Assembly: GCA_020184695.1 (NCBI GenBank)
Contig: JAANOX010000218.1
Span: 186,001 to 250,000 of the forward strand
DNA: 64,000 nucleotides
DNA from: Histomonas meleagridis 2922-C6/04-290x
Lineage: Eukaryota > Protista > Parabasalia
Direction of reading: 5' to 3'
In this document: piece after piece, positions 1 through 11,389 of the stretch
Position numbering within the stretch: position 1 is the stretch's first letter
Layout: each line of letters starts with the position of its first letter
The notes under the pieces: generated by a model
Told to the model about the DNA's origin: nothing
The model's database searches: none
The model's input: only the letters and a program-made list of their open reading frames with translations
Made by a program: the position numbers and the translations under genes

Positions 1-753
1 GGGTTCTTCGATTGATACTGATGAGCGTTTTCGAGATTTCTTGTCTTTCTTCTTGTCCTTCTTCTTGTCTTCTTTGGTAGGAGCTTGAGGCGCTGGTTGT
101 GGTTCTTCTTCTGGTGGCGGTTCAACTAAATCTGTTTCGGCAGCATTAAAGCCATAGCATTCACTAAATGAGGTGTTGAAGTTGCTGTTGGCTGCTGGCC
201 CTGAAGTTGGAGCAAAGAAGTCATTGGTACATGACCAGAACGTGGGAAGTGGAGTTGATTCTGATAATTTGATGATTAAGGGTGAATCATTGGAGTTCTC
301 TGGCTCTTCAATCCGACGACCGACATTGCTGATGGCATTTAAGTTAATGCGGAATGGATTTTCGGGGAAGCCAACATCATATTGTTGGGAACGTGGTAAA
401 AATTGATCATCCATAGCCTTTAGAGATTGAGATGGTTGAGGAGATGGAACAAGACGTCGACCAGCATTGGCACGAATAGCTTTCAAAGTTCCTTCGATAT
501 GTTCTAAATTAACTTCCATTTTTGCAAGCTGTTCATTGCTTGTAACCATTTTAAGGAGACACATTTTTGATAGTACTAGAACTGATTGTTCTATTTGACG
601 TAAATCTTCTTCTAATTCATTTTTAACGATAGTATATTGAAATTGCGAAGAGTCCATTAACCCGTCTTGCGTTTCAGCATGCCTCTTGATCCCACTTAAG
701 CGTTCATCAAGTTCTTTGATCTTGTCTGCTATTTTTCCGGGGTTCTCTGACAT
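1..753 (-). CDS. Hypothetical protein, N-terminal coiled coil; runs off the left edge of the window (partial)
   Basis: Hand translation from ATG at 753 (MSENPGKIADKIKELDERL...) is open to position 1; Inr TCATT lies just upstream. Not in the ORF track because its stop is outside the window. Confidence 0.75.
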   Translation of the reverse strand, partial: MSENPGKIADKIKELDERLSGIKRHAETQDGLMDSSQFQYTIVKNELEEDLRQIEQSVLVLSKMCLLKMVTSNEQLAKMEVNLEHIEGTLKAIRANAGRRLVPSPQPSQSLKAMDDQFLPRSQQYDVGFPENPFRINLNAISNVGRRIEEPENSNDSPLIIKLSESTPLPTFWSCTNDFFAPTSGPAANSNFNTSFSECYGFNAAETDLVEPPPEEEPQPAPQAPTKEDKKKDKKKDKKSRKRSSVSIEEP

Positions 754-756
754 TTT

Positions 757-761
757 AATGA
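757..761 (-). promoter_or_regulatory. Trichomonad initiator (Inr) TCATT
   Basis: Minus strand reads TCATTAAAATG, matching the parabasalid Inr consensus TCA(T/C)(T/A) a few nt before the ATG. Confidence 0.55.
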
Positions 762-1055
762 AAAGATTTTTGAAATATTTATACATTTGTAAACCATTGA
801 AAAATGAAAGTTTTGAAATTTTTAATGATAATCGAGAAATTTGATAGGTTATTGATCGTCTTTATGTTTTTTTATTTTGTGTTTTTTCATTTGTTTAAAA
901 TATCGATACATAATTTTAATTCATAATTCAATCAAACATTTTACAATTGTAAATAATTATATTTTCTTTTCCAAAAAAATTAACGAGAAAATTCAAACTG
1001 ACAAAGATGACAAAATACGATAGAAAAAGTAATCATCTTTTTATTTACATACAAA

Positions 1056-2486
1056 TTATGCATAATATATCTCCGGATAGAATTCTTGCAATATTGCACT
1101 TGCTACATCGGCAATTTCTTTATTTTCATTATCAGCATTATATTTTAGTACATCTGCAAACTCATCTTCGAACTGATCAAAGTTCTGAAACGAATCTGTA
1201 CCAAATCTTATCATTCTCTGTAATGCATTCCTTAATGTTATAAGAACAGTCTTTAAACGCTTTCCCTCAAGACATTCAACTGCGTCCAAACATGCAGAAA
1301 TTAAATCAGTCTGGAAAATTTGTTGTAATACTTCGATTGATGAACAATAACATATCGAAGATATACATTCAACAATCAGTGCTTTAGATTCAAAACATGC
1401 TGCGTCAATTCCATCACGTAACTTCTTAATGATTTTAGGATCAGTTATCCATTTTTCATGTTGTTTTGCAACAACAAAATCTTTTATGATAGAAATTGAA
1501 CATTGAAATTCTTTCGAATCATGTGGAAAGCCAAGAAGAAAAGCTTTGACTGTGTTAATATCAATTTTCGTTATGATAGAGCTATCGGATGAAATACAGC
1601 AATCAGCAATTTGAACAAAAAGTTGAAGAATTTGTAAATGTAATGGGAAATCGGGTCGTAAAAGTAGATTATATTGGTTAAAAAGGTGACTTATAACAAG
1701 TTGATTAAGACCTTTTTCTTTGGTATAACGAAGAAGACCCTCAGAAAATTCAATTGACAATTGACAAGGAAACGGTTTGTCAACACGTTTCATGGCATCA
1801 AAGAAAAGGCCAAGAATCAGAAGTGGTACGTTGTCGGGAAACATTGAAATAAAGCGGCACATGTTGCAGAATGTGCAACAAATACAGAATAAAATTTGTT
1901 GCTGAAAAACATCATCCGAATTCTGCACTGATGCCTCAAAACATTCAATAAGAAAAGTAAGAGTGTTCGTGCGAAGAAACTCTTTGGTTCCAAGAGATGT
2001 TTGTGGAATATAACGTAATATTTCAAATCCAAGAAGCTTGATCTGTTCATTTTGGAAAAGCGGGAGCTGATTAATGAAGTGATATCCACCAAACGAGAGA
2101 AATATATCAATGGATTCAACTGACTTCGAAATAATAACATGAATTAATTTAATGGAAATAAGTTGAAGTTTAAGATCATCATGTTGTGGAGCAATTACAA
2201 GAAGAAATCTGCATATATCTGATTGTTCTAAAAATTCTTTTGTTATTGAATGATGAAGACAAAGCGCTTTATATATTTGTTCAAGGTCATTGATAAGATC
2301 TTCTCTTGATCCCTTGCTTTGACATTCTTTTGCAGAAAGGACCCATTCACAAATAATAAATAGTGATGGAGGAGGAACATAATCAACAGGAGGATCTTCA
2401 CATTGACCAGAAGTAGATTGTGTTAACTCACTCCTAATTTTGTTTCCATGAGCTTTTGATTGTTTGGCTTTATACCCAATGTTCAT
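1056..2486 (-). CDS. Hypothetical alpha-helical (ARM/HEAT-like) protein
   Basis: Long ORF. The track start at 2531 is TTG; the first ATG is 2486 (MNIGYKAKQ). Leu/Ile-rich helical pattern; fold is inferred. Confidence 0.7.
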   Translation of the reverse strand: MNIGYKAKQSKAHGNKIRSELTQSTSGQCEDPPVDYVPPPSLFIICEWVLSAKECQSKGSREDLINDLEQIYKALCLHHSITKEFLEQSDICRFLLVIAPQHDDLKLQLISIKLIHVIISKSVESIDIFLSFGGYHFINQLPLFQNEQIKLLGFEILRYIPQTSLGTKEFLRTNTLTFLIECFEASVQNSDDVFQQQILFCICCTFCNMCRFISMFPDNVPLLILGLFFDAMKRVDKPFPCQLSIEFSEGLLRYTKEKGLNQLVISHLFNQYNLLLRPDFPLHLQILQLFVQIADCCISSDSSIITKIDINTVKAFLLGFPHDSKEFQCSISIIKDFVVAKQHEKWITDPKIIKKLRDGIDAACFESKALIVECISSICYCSSIEVLQQIFQTDLISACLDAVECLEGKRLKTVLITLRNALQRMIRFGTDSFQNFDQFEDEFADVLKYNADNENKEIADVASAILQEFYPEIYYA

Positions 2487-2628
2487 ATTTGAAAGAACGT
2501 TAAACAAAGCCTCAAAACGGTTCTCAATCAATGAGGCCCATTACCATAAAACCGTTGTACAGAATATAAAAAGTTGGTATCGTCCTTAAGAAAAAGCATC
2601 GAAAAATATCAGTAAAATTTTTTAATAA

Positions 2629-4731
2629 ATGAGCACCTCTTCAGATTCAGAAAGCATCGAAAATAGCTCTTCGACTGACTCTGAGTCATCCGAGTCAAAG
2701 GAAGAGCCAAAGCCTACAACTAAAAATAAGAAAAATAATGTATCTCAATCTAAGAAAACACCTAAGAAAGCGGTAAAAGCAAAGGGTGGGAAAGCGCCAA
2801 AAAAGTCTCCTAAGCCAAAGCAACCTCAAAATCAAGAAATAACAAAGAAAGATGATAAACCTAAAAAAGATAAAACAGAACAAAAAGAAGCTAAAAAGCC
2901 AAAAGACCAGCCAAAGAAGGAAGAAAAGAAGCCTAAAGAAGAGCCAAAGAAAGAAAAAGAAGAAAAGAAGCCAAAGGAAGATAAAAAGAAAGATGACAAA
3001 AAGTCAAAAGAAGAACCAAAGAAAAAGGATAAGAAACCAAAAGAAGAACCTCTGAAAGAAAAAGAGGAAAAATCAAAGAAAGAAGATAAGATGCCAAAAG
3101 AAGATAAAAAGAAAGAAAAAGAAGAAAAGCCTAAAAAGGAAGTAAAGAAACCAAAGGAAGAGCCTAAGAAAGAAAAAGAAGAAAAACCAAAGAAAGAAGA
3201 TAAGAAGCCAAAGGAAGAGCCTAAGAAAGAAAAAGAGGAAAAACCTAAAAAGGAAGTAAAGAAACCAAAAGAGGAGCCCAATAAGGAAGACAAGAAGCAA
3301 AAAGATGACAAGAAGCCGAAAGAAGAAGTAAAGAAACCTAAGGAAGATAAAAAGAAAGAAGAGCCTAAGAAGGAAGACAAGAAGCCCAAAGAGGACAAAA
3401 AGCAAAAAGAAGAACCTAAGAAAGAAAAAGAAGTAAAGAAGCCAAAGGAAGAGCCCAAGAAGGAAGATAAGAAGCCCAAAGACGAAAAGAAGCCAAAAGA
3501 AGAAGTAAAGAAAGAGAAAGATGAAAAGAAACCAAAGGAAGAACATAAGAAGGAAAAAGAAGACAAAAAGAAGGATAAAGATGAAAAGAAACCAAAAGAA
3601 GAAGTAAAGAAAGAAAAAGAAGACAAAAAGAAGGATAAAGATGAAAAGAAACAGAAAGAAGAAGTAAAGAAAGAAGACAAAAAGAAGGATAAAGATGAAA
3701 AGAAACCAAAAGAAGAAGTAAAGAAAGAAGACAAAAAGAAGGATAAAGATGAAAAGAAACAGAAAGAAGAACCTATGAAAGAAAAAGAAGATAAAAAGAA
3801 AGACGAAAAGAAGCAAAAAGAAGAAGTAAAGAAAGAAGAGAAGAAGGAGAAAGAGGACAAAAAGAAGGAAGACAAGAAGCAAAAGGACGAAAAACTCGCC
3901 AAAATCAAAGAGATGAAAGAGAAGAAGGAGCAAGAGAAGAAGGAAAAGAAGGAGAAGAAAGAGCAAGAAAAGAAGGAGAAGAAAGAGAAGAAGCAGAAGC
4001 AAAAAGAAGTGAAGAAGCAAAAGAAGCAAAAGTCGTCAGATGACGACGACAATTCGCACAAGAAGATCGACAAGAAACTCGAGAAGAAGAACAAGAAGTT
4101 ATACAAACATAAAGTTGATATTGAAGAAGAACCACGTGAACAAACTGATGATGATGAGAACAGTGATCAAAAGATCATTCACGAAGCAGCTAATGCATTG
4201 TTCTTACATCATAAACGACGACGCGCATCGAGTGCCGACAAGATCTTCATTGGCGATCACATTGGAGTCACCGAAATCCCCGAAATCAATGAAGAGTACG
4301 GCCACGAAGGAATACTATTTGCTGCGCGTGCTAATCGATTATATGCGTATAGTCACATGACTGAAAGTGTGATTTTGGTTACAAATGTTAAAATTTATAT
4401 ATTAAATAGTCGAATGGAAATGTTCGAAAATATGCAGCCGATTAACATCGAAGACATCGAAAAGGTTTCATTGTCAAATGAAAGAGATAACGCAATTGTG
4501 GTCCACTTGCCGGATTATAAGTCGGAATTGTTGTTGACTCCGTTCAAGGCTGAATTGGTTTGCATATTGAACACAAGGTTTAAGGAATTGACGGGTAAAA
4601 AGCTGGAAATCAAATTCGGTGAATCAATAGAATTCCCAGTCAGCCAGGAAACAATGTTCGAAATTAAATTTACACCAACGGCTGAAGGTGTAAGAACAAC
4701 ATTGTTCTGTAAGGCTAATACACAAGAATAA
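2629..4731 (+). CDS. Lys/Glu-rich low-complexity protein with C-terminal myosin-I tail (TH1)-like domain, no motor domain
   Basis: About 450 aa of KKE/KPKEE repeats, then KRRRASSADKIFIGDHIG...VILVT..KIYIL...IEKVSLS..RDNAIVVH, resembling the class-I myosin TH1 signature (RRR.S..R.F.GDY). Confidence 0.75.
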   Translation: MSTSSDSESIENSSSTDSESSESKEEPKPTTKNKKNNVSQSKKTPKKAVKAKGGKAPKKSPKPKQPQNQEITKKDDKPKKDKTEQKEAKKPKDQPKKEEKKPKEEPKKEKEEKKPKEDKKKDDKKSKEEPKKKDKKPKEEPLKEKEEKSKKEDKMPKEDKKKEKEEKPKKEVKKPKEEPKKEKEEKPKKEDKKPKEEPKKEKEEKPKKEVKKPKEEPNKEDKKQKDDKKPKEEVKKPKEDKKKEEPKKEDKKPKEDKKQKEEPKKEKEVKKPKEEPKKEDKKPKDEKKPKEEVKKEKDEKKPKEEHKKEKEDKKKDKDEKKPKEEVKKEKEDKKKDKDEKKQKEEVKKEDKKKDKDEKKPKEEVKKEDKKKDKDEKKQKEEPMKEKEDKKKDEKKQKEEVKKEEKKEKEDKKKEDKKQKDEKLAKIKEMKEKKEQEKKEKKEKKEQEKKEKKEKKQKQKEVKKQKKQKSSDDDDNSHKKIDKKLEKKNKKLYKHKVDIEEEPREQTDDDENSDQKIIHEAANALFLHHKRRRASSADKIFIGDHIGVTEIPEINEEYGHEGILFAARANRLYAYSHMTESVILVTNVKIYILNSRMEMFENMQPINIEDIEKVSLSNERDNAIVVHLPDYKSELLLTPFKAELVCILNTRFKELTGKKLEIKFGESIEFPVSQETMFEIKFTPTAEGVRTTLFCKANTQE

Positions 4732-5214
4732 AATGAATCGAGAAAAAAATTTTATTTTTTTTTTTACGTTTTCGCATTTGATGTTGTTTTGTGATGTGAA
4801 ATGTTTATGCAATTGAATCAAAACGATTATTTTTGTTTCAAATTTCAAAATGAACATCTCACTAAGTCTAAATTGAAAAAACATTTTTTTTAATGAATGG
4901 AAAGAAGAATACATTCATTATTTTCAGATTTCGTTGCGCAAACATTATAATTAAAAAAATTTTCACATTTCAAGATAACAAAATCAATTGAAATTTGATT
5001 CAAAATATGACATGATAATCATTCAAAGACCGTGAAACAAAGAAGATTTTATTTTTGCTAAAATAAAATTAGAACCTGCTGCAACAGAGGTGATCACAGC
5101 GTGCGGCAGGTCATGTTGGACACGCCGCTCAATTTGTCTGAAAAAGTACTTTTCAGTCTGAAAGCAAAAAACGGTTTTATTCAATCCAACCTCCCAAGAA
5201 AACCATTTTTTTGG

Positions 5215-7239
5215 ATGCAATTAATTGTAGACAACCCATGGCTTGAAAAATATAGAGGCCACATCGAATGGCGTCATAGGAACTATGAGGAAGCCAAAGA
5301 ACGCATTAACAAAGTTGCTGGTTCAATGGACAAGTTTACTCAATCTTACAAAGAGTTTGGACTTCATCATAATGGCAATTGTATCACCTACAAAGAGTGG
5401 GCTCCTAATGCACGTGAGATCTATCTTGTTGGTGATTTCAATAATTGGAATACTAAAGATCCAAACACCAAATGTAAACGTGATGAGTTTGGCATGTTTA
5501 CTCTTACTCTTCCTGATGGTAAGGATGGACCTGTTATACCTCACAATTCTAAAGTTCGTGCACATTTAGTTCTTTCAAGTGGTGAAGAAGTTTCTCGTAT
5601 TCCAGCTTGGATCAACTTTACATACCAAAACCCACAGAACTTCAACTTTGATGGTGTTTTCTGGAATCCACCAAATCCATATCAATTCAAACATCCAACA
5701 CCAGAACCACCACGTGATTCTAGTCTCTTAATTTATGAAACTCATGTTGGTATGGCCGGTGTTGAACCACGTCTTCATACCTACAAAGAATTTACTCGCG
5801 ATGTTCTTCCTATGGTTAAGAAAGATGGTTACAATGCCATCCAAATCATGGCCATTATGGAGCATGCCTACTATGCCTCTTTTGGCTATCAAGTCACATC
5901 ATTCTTTGCAGCATCATCTCGATTTGGCACACCTGAAGATCTTAAAGAACTCATTGATACAGCACATGGAATGGGCTTGTCTGTCTTTTTAGATCTTATT
6001 CATTCCCATGCAGCCAAGAATGTTCTTGAAGGCATTAATCATTTTGATGGAACCGATCATCAATATTTCCATGAAGGCGGCCGAGGATATCATCCATTAT
6101 GGGACTCACGTTTGTTTAACTACAACCACATCGAAGTACAGCGCTTTTTATTGTCGAATTTGCGATATTATTTGGACGAATACAAATTCGACGGTTTTCG
6201 GTTTGATGGGGTTACCTCAATCATCTATAAGCACCATGGCAACATGTATAATTTCACGTCCTTAGATGACTACTTTAATGATTTAGTTGATGAAGAAGCA
6301 GTTACATACTTATATTTAGCTAACGATGTTATTCATAGTGTTCGACCAGATGCGATCTCGATTGCAGAAGAAGTCAGTGGAATGATTGGACTTGCGCGCT
6401 CACTCAAGGACGGCGGCTTCGGCTTTGATTACAGGTTAGGAATGGCCGTTCCAGACATGTGGATCAAGATCTTGAAAGAGCAAAAGGACGAAGATTGGAA
6501 TGTCGGCAACATCACATTCACTTTGTCCAATCGTCCGTACAAAGAGAAGACAGTTGCGTATTGCGAGTCGCATGACCAAGCGCTCGTCGGCGACAAGACA
6601 TTAGCGTTCTGGCTCATGGACAAAGAGATGTACACTCACATGTCGACATTATCGCCGCAATCACTAATCATTGACCGCGGCATCGCATTGCACAAGATGA
6701 TCCGCTTGATAACATTCGGCTTAGGCGGCGAGGCATACTTAACATTCATGGGGAACGAGTTCGGGCATCCGGAATGGATCGACTTCCCGCGCGAAGGCAA
6801 CGGCAACTCGTACCACCATTGCAGAAGGCGATTCGACTTGCCGAAGGACGACTTGCTTAAGTATAAGTACTTGCTGAACTTCGATAATGATATGTTACAA
6901 CTGGAACATAAATATAAGTTCATGAGCTCCGGTGATAATGGATATGTAACATTGAAACACGAAGGTGATAAAGTCGTCGCTTTCGAAAGAGGAAATTTGT
7001 TGTTCGTCTTCAACTTCCACCCAACGAAAAGCTTCGAGGGCTATTGGATAGGAGTCGAGTGGCACGCGAAGTTCGAGTACGTGCTGTGCACCGACGACGA
7101 GAGATACGGAGGCTTCAGGAGAGTAGACACAAGCACCGTGCCAGAGTCGTACCCGGAGCCGTACCAGAATAGAAAGTGTAAGATACAGCTGTACCTGCCG
7201 TCGAGATGCGCATTCGTATTGAAGAGAAAAGATAACTAA
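5215..7239 (+). CDS. GBE1: 1,4-alpha-glucan (glycogen) branching enzyme, GH13
   Basis: GH13 catalytic motifs GFRFDGVT, AEEVSG and YCESHDQ; eukaryotic GBE motifs WAPNA and FMGNEFGHPEWIDFPR. First ATG at 5215 (the track start is GTG). Confidence 0.95.
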   Translation: MQLIVDNPWLEKYRGHIEWRHRNYEEAKERINKVAGSMDKFTQSYKEFGLHHNGNCITYKEWAPNAREIYLVGDFNNWNTKDPNTKCKRDEFGMFTLTLPDGKDGPVIPHNSKVRAHLVLSSGEEVSRIPAWINFTYQNPQNFNFDGVFWNPPNPYQFKHPTPEPPRDSSLLIYETHVGMAGVEPRLHTYKEFTRDVLPMVKKDGYNAIQIMAIMEHAYYASFGYQVTSFFAASSRFGTPEDLKELIDTAHGMGLSVFLDLIHSHAAKNVLEGINHFDGTDHQYFHEGGRGYHPLWDSRLFNYNHIEVQRFLLSNLRYYLDEYKFDGFRFDGVTSIIYKHHGNMYNFTSLDDYFNDLVDEEAVTYLYLANDVIHSVRPDAISIAEEVSGMIGLARSLKDGGFGFDYRLGMAVPDMWIKILKEQKDEDWNVGNITFTLSNRPYKEKTVAYCESHDQALVGDKTLAFWLMDKEMYTHMSTLSPQSLIIDRGIALHKMIRLITFGLGGEAYLTFMGNEFGHPEWIDFPREGNGNSYHHCRRRFDLPKDDLLKYKYLLNFDNDMLQLEHKYKFMSSGDNGYVTLKHEGDKVVAFERGNLLFVFNFHPTKSFEGYWIGVEWHAKFEYVLCTDDERYGGFRRVDTSTVPESYPEPYQNRKCKIQLYLPSRCAFVLKRKDN

Positions 7240-7310
7240 AAAGTAAAAATTGAAATGAATTAATTGGATTGCAAAGGCGCAAATTTGATTCGGAAAACAA
7301 TTTTATGAAA

Positions 7311-10113
7311 TTTATGTTTACATTAATACATTTGTTTGTGATTTGTTTATGTTCACATTAATACATTTGTTTGTGAATTGTTTATGTTCACATTAATACA
7401 TTTGTTTGTGATTTGTTTATGTTTACATTAATACATTTGTTTGTGATTTGTTTATGTTTACATTAATACATTTGTTTGTGATTTGTTTATGTTCACATTA
7501 ATACATTTGTTTGTGATTTGTTTATGTTTACATTAATACATTTGTTTGTGATTTGTTTATGTTCACATTAATACATTTGTTTGTGATTTGTTTATGTTCA
7601 CATTAATACATTTGTTTGTGATTTGTTTATGTTCACATTAATACATTTGTTTGTGATTTGTTTATGTTCACATTAATACATTTGTTTGTGATTTGTTTAT
7701 GTTCACATTAATACATTTGTTTGTGATTTGTTTATGTTCACATTAATACATTTGTTTGTGATTTGTTTATGTTCACATTAATACATTTGTTTGTGATTTG
7801 TTTATGTTTACATTAATACATTTGTTTGTGAATTGTTTATGTTTACATTAATACATTTGTTTGTGAATTGTTTATGTTCACATTAATACATTTGTTTGTG
7901 ATTTGTTTATGTTCACATTAATACATTTGTTTGTGATTTGTTTATGTTCACATTAATACATTTGTTTGTGATTTGTTTATGTTCACATTAATACATTTGT
8001 TTGTGATTTGTTTTTGTTTACATTAATACTTTTGTTTGTGAATTGTTTCTGTTTACATTAATACATTTGTTTGTGATTTGTTTATGTTCACATTAATACA
8101 TTTGTTTGTGATTTGTTTATGTTTACATTAATACATTTGTTTGTGATTTGTTTATGTTCACATTAATACATTTGTTTGTGATTTGTTTATGTTTACATTA
8201 ATACATTTGTTTGTGAATTGTTTATGTTCACATTAATACATTTGTTTGTGAATTGTTTATGTTCACATTAATACATTTGTTTGTGATTTGTTTATGTTTA
8301 CATTAATACATTTGTTTGTGATTTGTTTATGTTTACATTAATACATTTGTTTGTGATTTGTTTATGTTCACATTAATACATTTGTTTGTGATTTGTTTAT
8401 GTTTACATTAATACATTTGTTTGTGATTTGTTTATGTTCACATTATTACATTTGTTTGTGAATTGTTTATGTTCACATTAAGTACATTTGTTTGTGAATT
8501 GTTTATGTTCACATTAATACATTTGTTTGTGATTTGTTTATGTTCACATTAATACATTTGTTTGTGATTTGTTTTATGTTCACATTAATACATTTTGTTT
8601 GTGATTTGTTTATGTTCACATTAATACATTTGTTTGTGATTTGTTTATGTTCACATTAATACATTTGTTTGTGATTTGTTTATGTTCACATTAATACATT
8701 TGTTTGTGATTTGTTTATGTTTACATTAATACATTTGTTTGTGATTTGTTTATGTTCACATTAATACATTTGTTTGTGATTTGTTTATGTTCACATTAAT
8801 ACATTTGTTTGTGATTTGTTTATGTTCACATTAATACATTTGTTTGTGATTTGTTTATGTTTACATTAATACATTTGTTTGTGATTTGTTTATGTTCACA
8901 TTAATACATTTGTTTGTGATTTGTTTATGTTCACATTAATACATTTGTTTGTGATTTGTTTATGTTCACATTAATACATTTGTTTGTGATTTGTTTATGT
9001 TTACATTAATACATTTGTTTGTGATTTGTTTATGTTCACATTAATACATTTGTTTTGTGATTTGTTTATGTTCACATTAATACATTTGTTTGTGATTTGT
9101 TTATGTTCACATTAATACATTTGTTTGTGAATTGTTTATGTTTACATTAATACATTTGTTTGTGATTTGTTTATGTTCACATTAATACATTTGTTTGTGA
9201 ATTGTTTATGTTTACATTAATACATTTGTTTGTGATTTGTTTATGTTTACATTAATACATTTGTTTGTGATTTGTTTATGTTCACATTAATACATTTGTT
9301 TGTGAATTGTTTATGTTCACATTAATACATTTGTTTGTGATTTGTTTATGTTCACATTAATACATTTGTTTGTGATTTGTTTATGTTCACATTAATACAT
9401 TTGTTTGTGATTTGTTTATGTTTACATTAATACATTTGTTTGTGATTTGTTTTTGTTTACATTAATACATTTGTTTGTGAATTGTTTATGTTCACATTAA
9501 TACATTTGTTTGTGATTTGTTTATGTTTACATTAATACATTTGTTTGTGATTTGTTTATGTTCACATTAATACATTTGTTTGTGATTTGTTTATGTTCAC
9601 ATTAATACATTTGTTTGTGAATTGTTTATGTTTACATTAATACATTTGTTTGTGAATTGTTTTTGTTTACATTAATACATTTGTTTGTGAATTGTTTTTG
9701 TTTACATTAATACATTTGTTTGTGAATTGTTTTTGTTTACATTAATACATTTGTTTGTGAATTGTTTATGTTTACATTAATACATTTGTTTGTGAATTGT
9801 TTTTGTTTACATTAATACATTTGTTTGTGAATTGTTTATGTTTACATTAATACATTTGTTTGTGATTTGTTTATGTTCACATTAATACATTTGTTTGTGA
9901 TTTGTTTATGTTCACATTAATACATTTGTTTGTGATTTGTTTATGTTTACATTAATACATTTGTTTGTGATTTGTTTATGTTTGTGAATTGTTTTTGTTT
10001 ACATTAATACATTTGTTTGTGAATTGTTTATGTTCACATTAATACATTTGTTTGTGAATTGTTTATGTTCACATTAATACATTTGTTTGTGAATTGTTTA
10101 TGTTTACATTAAT
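7311..10113. repeat. 35-bp tandem satellite, about 80 copies
   Basis: Unit ATTTGTTTATGTT(C/T)ACATTAATACATTTGTTTGTG (period checked: CATTAATACA at 7321 and 7356); 2803 bp / 35 is about 80; stops on both strands; no unique spacers. Confidence 0.98.
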
Positions 10114-10156
10114 GCGTGATAACCGTCAGTTCATTTGAAGCCGTTAAGTCCGGTGA

Positions 10157-11014
10157 TTAATTCAAATTGCTTTAATAATTCCGAATGAATTTAAACAAGC
10201 TGTTTGTGATCAGATATTGGCACCGCTTCAAAAAGGGGAAGAATTTGATTCACAAAGTTTTTTATTTTATGGCGCACCAGGAACAGGGAAAACTATTCTA
10301 GTTCAAGCACTTGCTGGTCAAATACCCAATGTCACATTTATTTATGTGCATTGCGACAAGTTTTTAATGACTGATTTTGATCCAAATTCCAACGAAACTA
10401 TAAAGGCAATCTTTGCATTTTCAAGGACACAAAAACCTTGTCTTTTGTGCTTTGAAGAAATTGACAATTTGTTAAACGAAAATGAAAATGTTCAAAAAAT
10501 GAAACAAGAACTTATCGAACAACTCTGTGTAGACAACAAAAACATGATTATTATTGGAACCACCAATGTACCATGGAAATTAGATGTGAATCTAATCAAG
10601 CTATTTTCCAAAAAAATATTCTTTTCTTTGCCAAAAGAAAATATTCGTCTCCAAATTGTTCAAAAAGACCTTAGCAAGGAGAACATAATACTTTCGAATC
10701 ACGAACTTGAAGAAATCTCGAAAAATACTGAATTATTTTCATTTTCAGATTTATTAGTTTTAATCAAATCTATTCAAATGCAACCTATTTTTCGTGTCCA
10801 AGAAGCGAAGTATTTCAAAAAAGTTACCGGAGATAAGTGGGAAATTTGCAATCAAGATGAAGAAGGATCAGTCGAAATGACGTTTGACAAGTTAAGTCTT
10901 GAGTCCATCGTAATGCCCAAAGTCGGAATTTCTGATGTGAAGAGCGCTCTAGAGAAAGTCCGCGCCTCTTTGAATGAAGATGAGGCAAAAAGATTCGAAC
11001 AGTGGCTCAAATGA
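10157..11014 (+). pseudogene. 5'-truncated, degenerate Vps4-like AAA ATPase
   Basis: Walker A GAPGTGKT, altered Walker B LLCFEEID, sensor-1 GTTNVPW, Vps4 beta/C-terminal domain (QPIFRVQEAKYFKK...). No MIT domain; in-frame TGA at 10154 and no ATG before the P-loop. Confidence 0.7.
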
Positions 11015-11389
11015 AACAAATAAAATTTTACTTAAAAATTCTTTTTGTATTGCAGCAGCAGCACAAACAGATTTATTGAGTTAAACACAACATAAAATGC
11101 AATCGACTTCGCGAAAAATTGGATCGAAAAGGCTCTTATCAAAAACAAGTATCGCCGAAGTAGAACAGTACTTAAAGCCTAGTAAAATGGATTAGTTTCA
11201 TTCTAAAATATTAATATGATTTTTATACAATTTGTTTATTCTTTAGTTATGGTTTGAAATTTCAAAGTGCACTTCTTTCATTGAAGATATCATACGCTAT
11301 TTGATAGTTTCCTCAAAATGGTTTTTAAAATGTTGTATAAAAACTTTACAACATTCATTAAGTTCTTCTGCTTGTTTAAAGTCCCGTTT

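Noticed and set aside
2695-4135. Long minus-strand F/S/L-rich ORFs (2832-4106, 3073-4029 and others)
   Set aside because: Antisense shadows of the K/E repeat gene.
7311-10113. CRISPR array or coding repeat
   Set aside because: Units are head-to-tail with no unique spacers, there are no cas genes and the context is eukaryotic; stops occur on both strands and 35 is not a multiple of 3.
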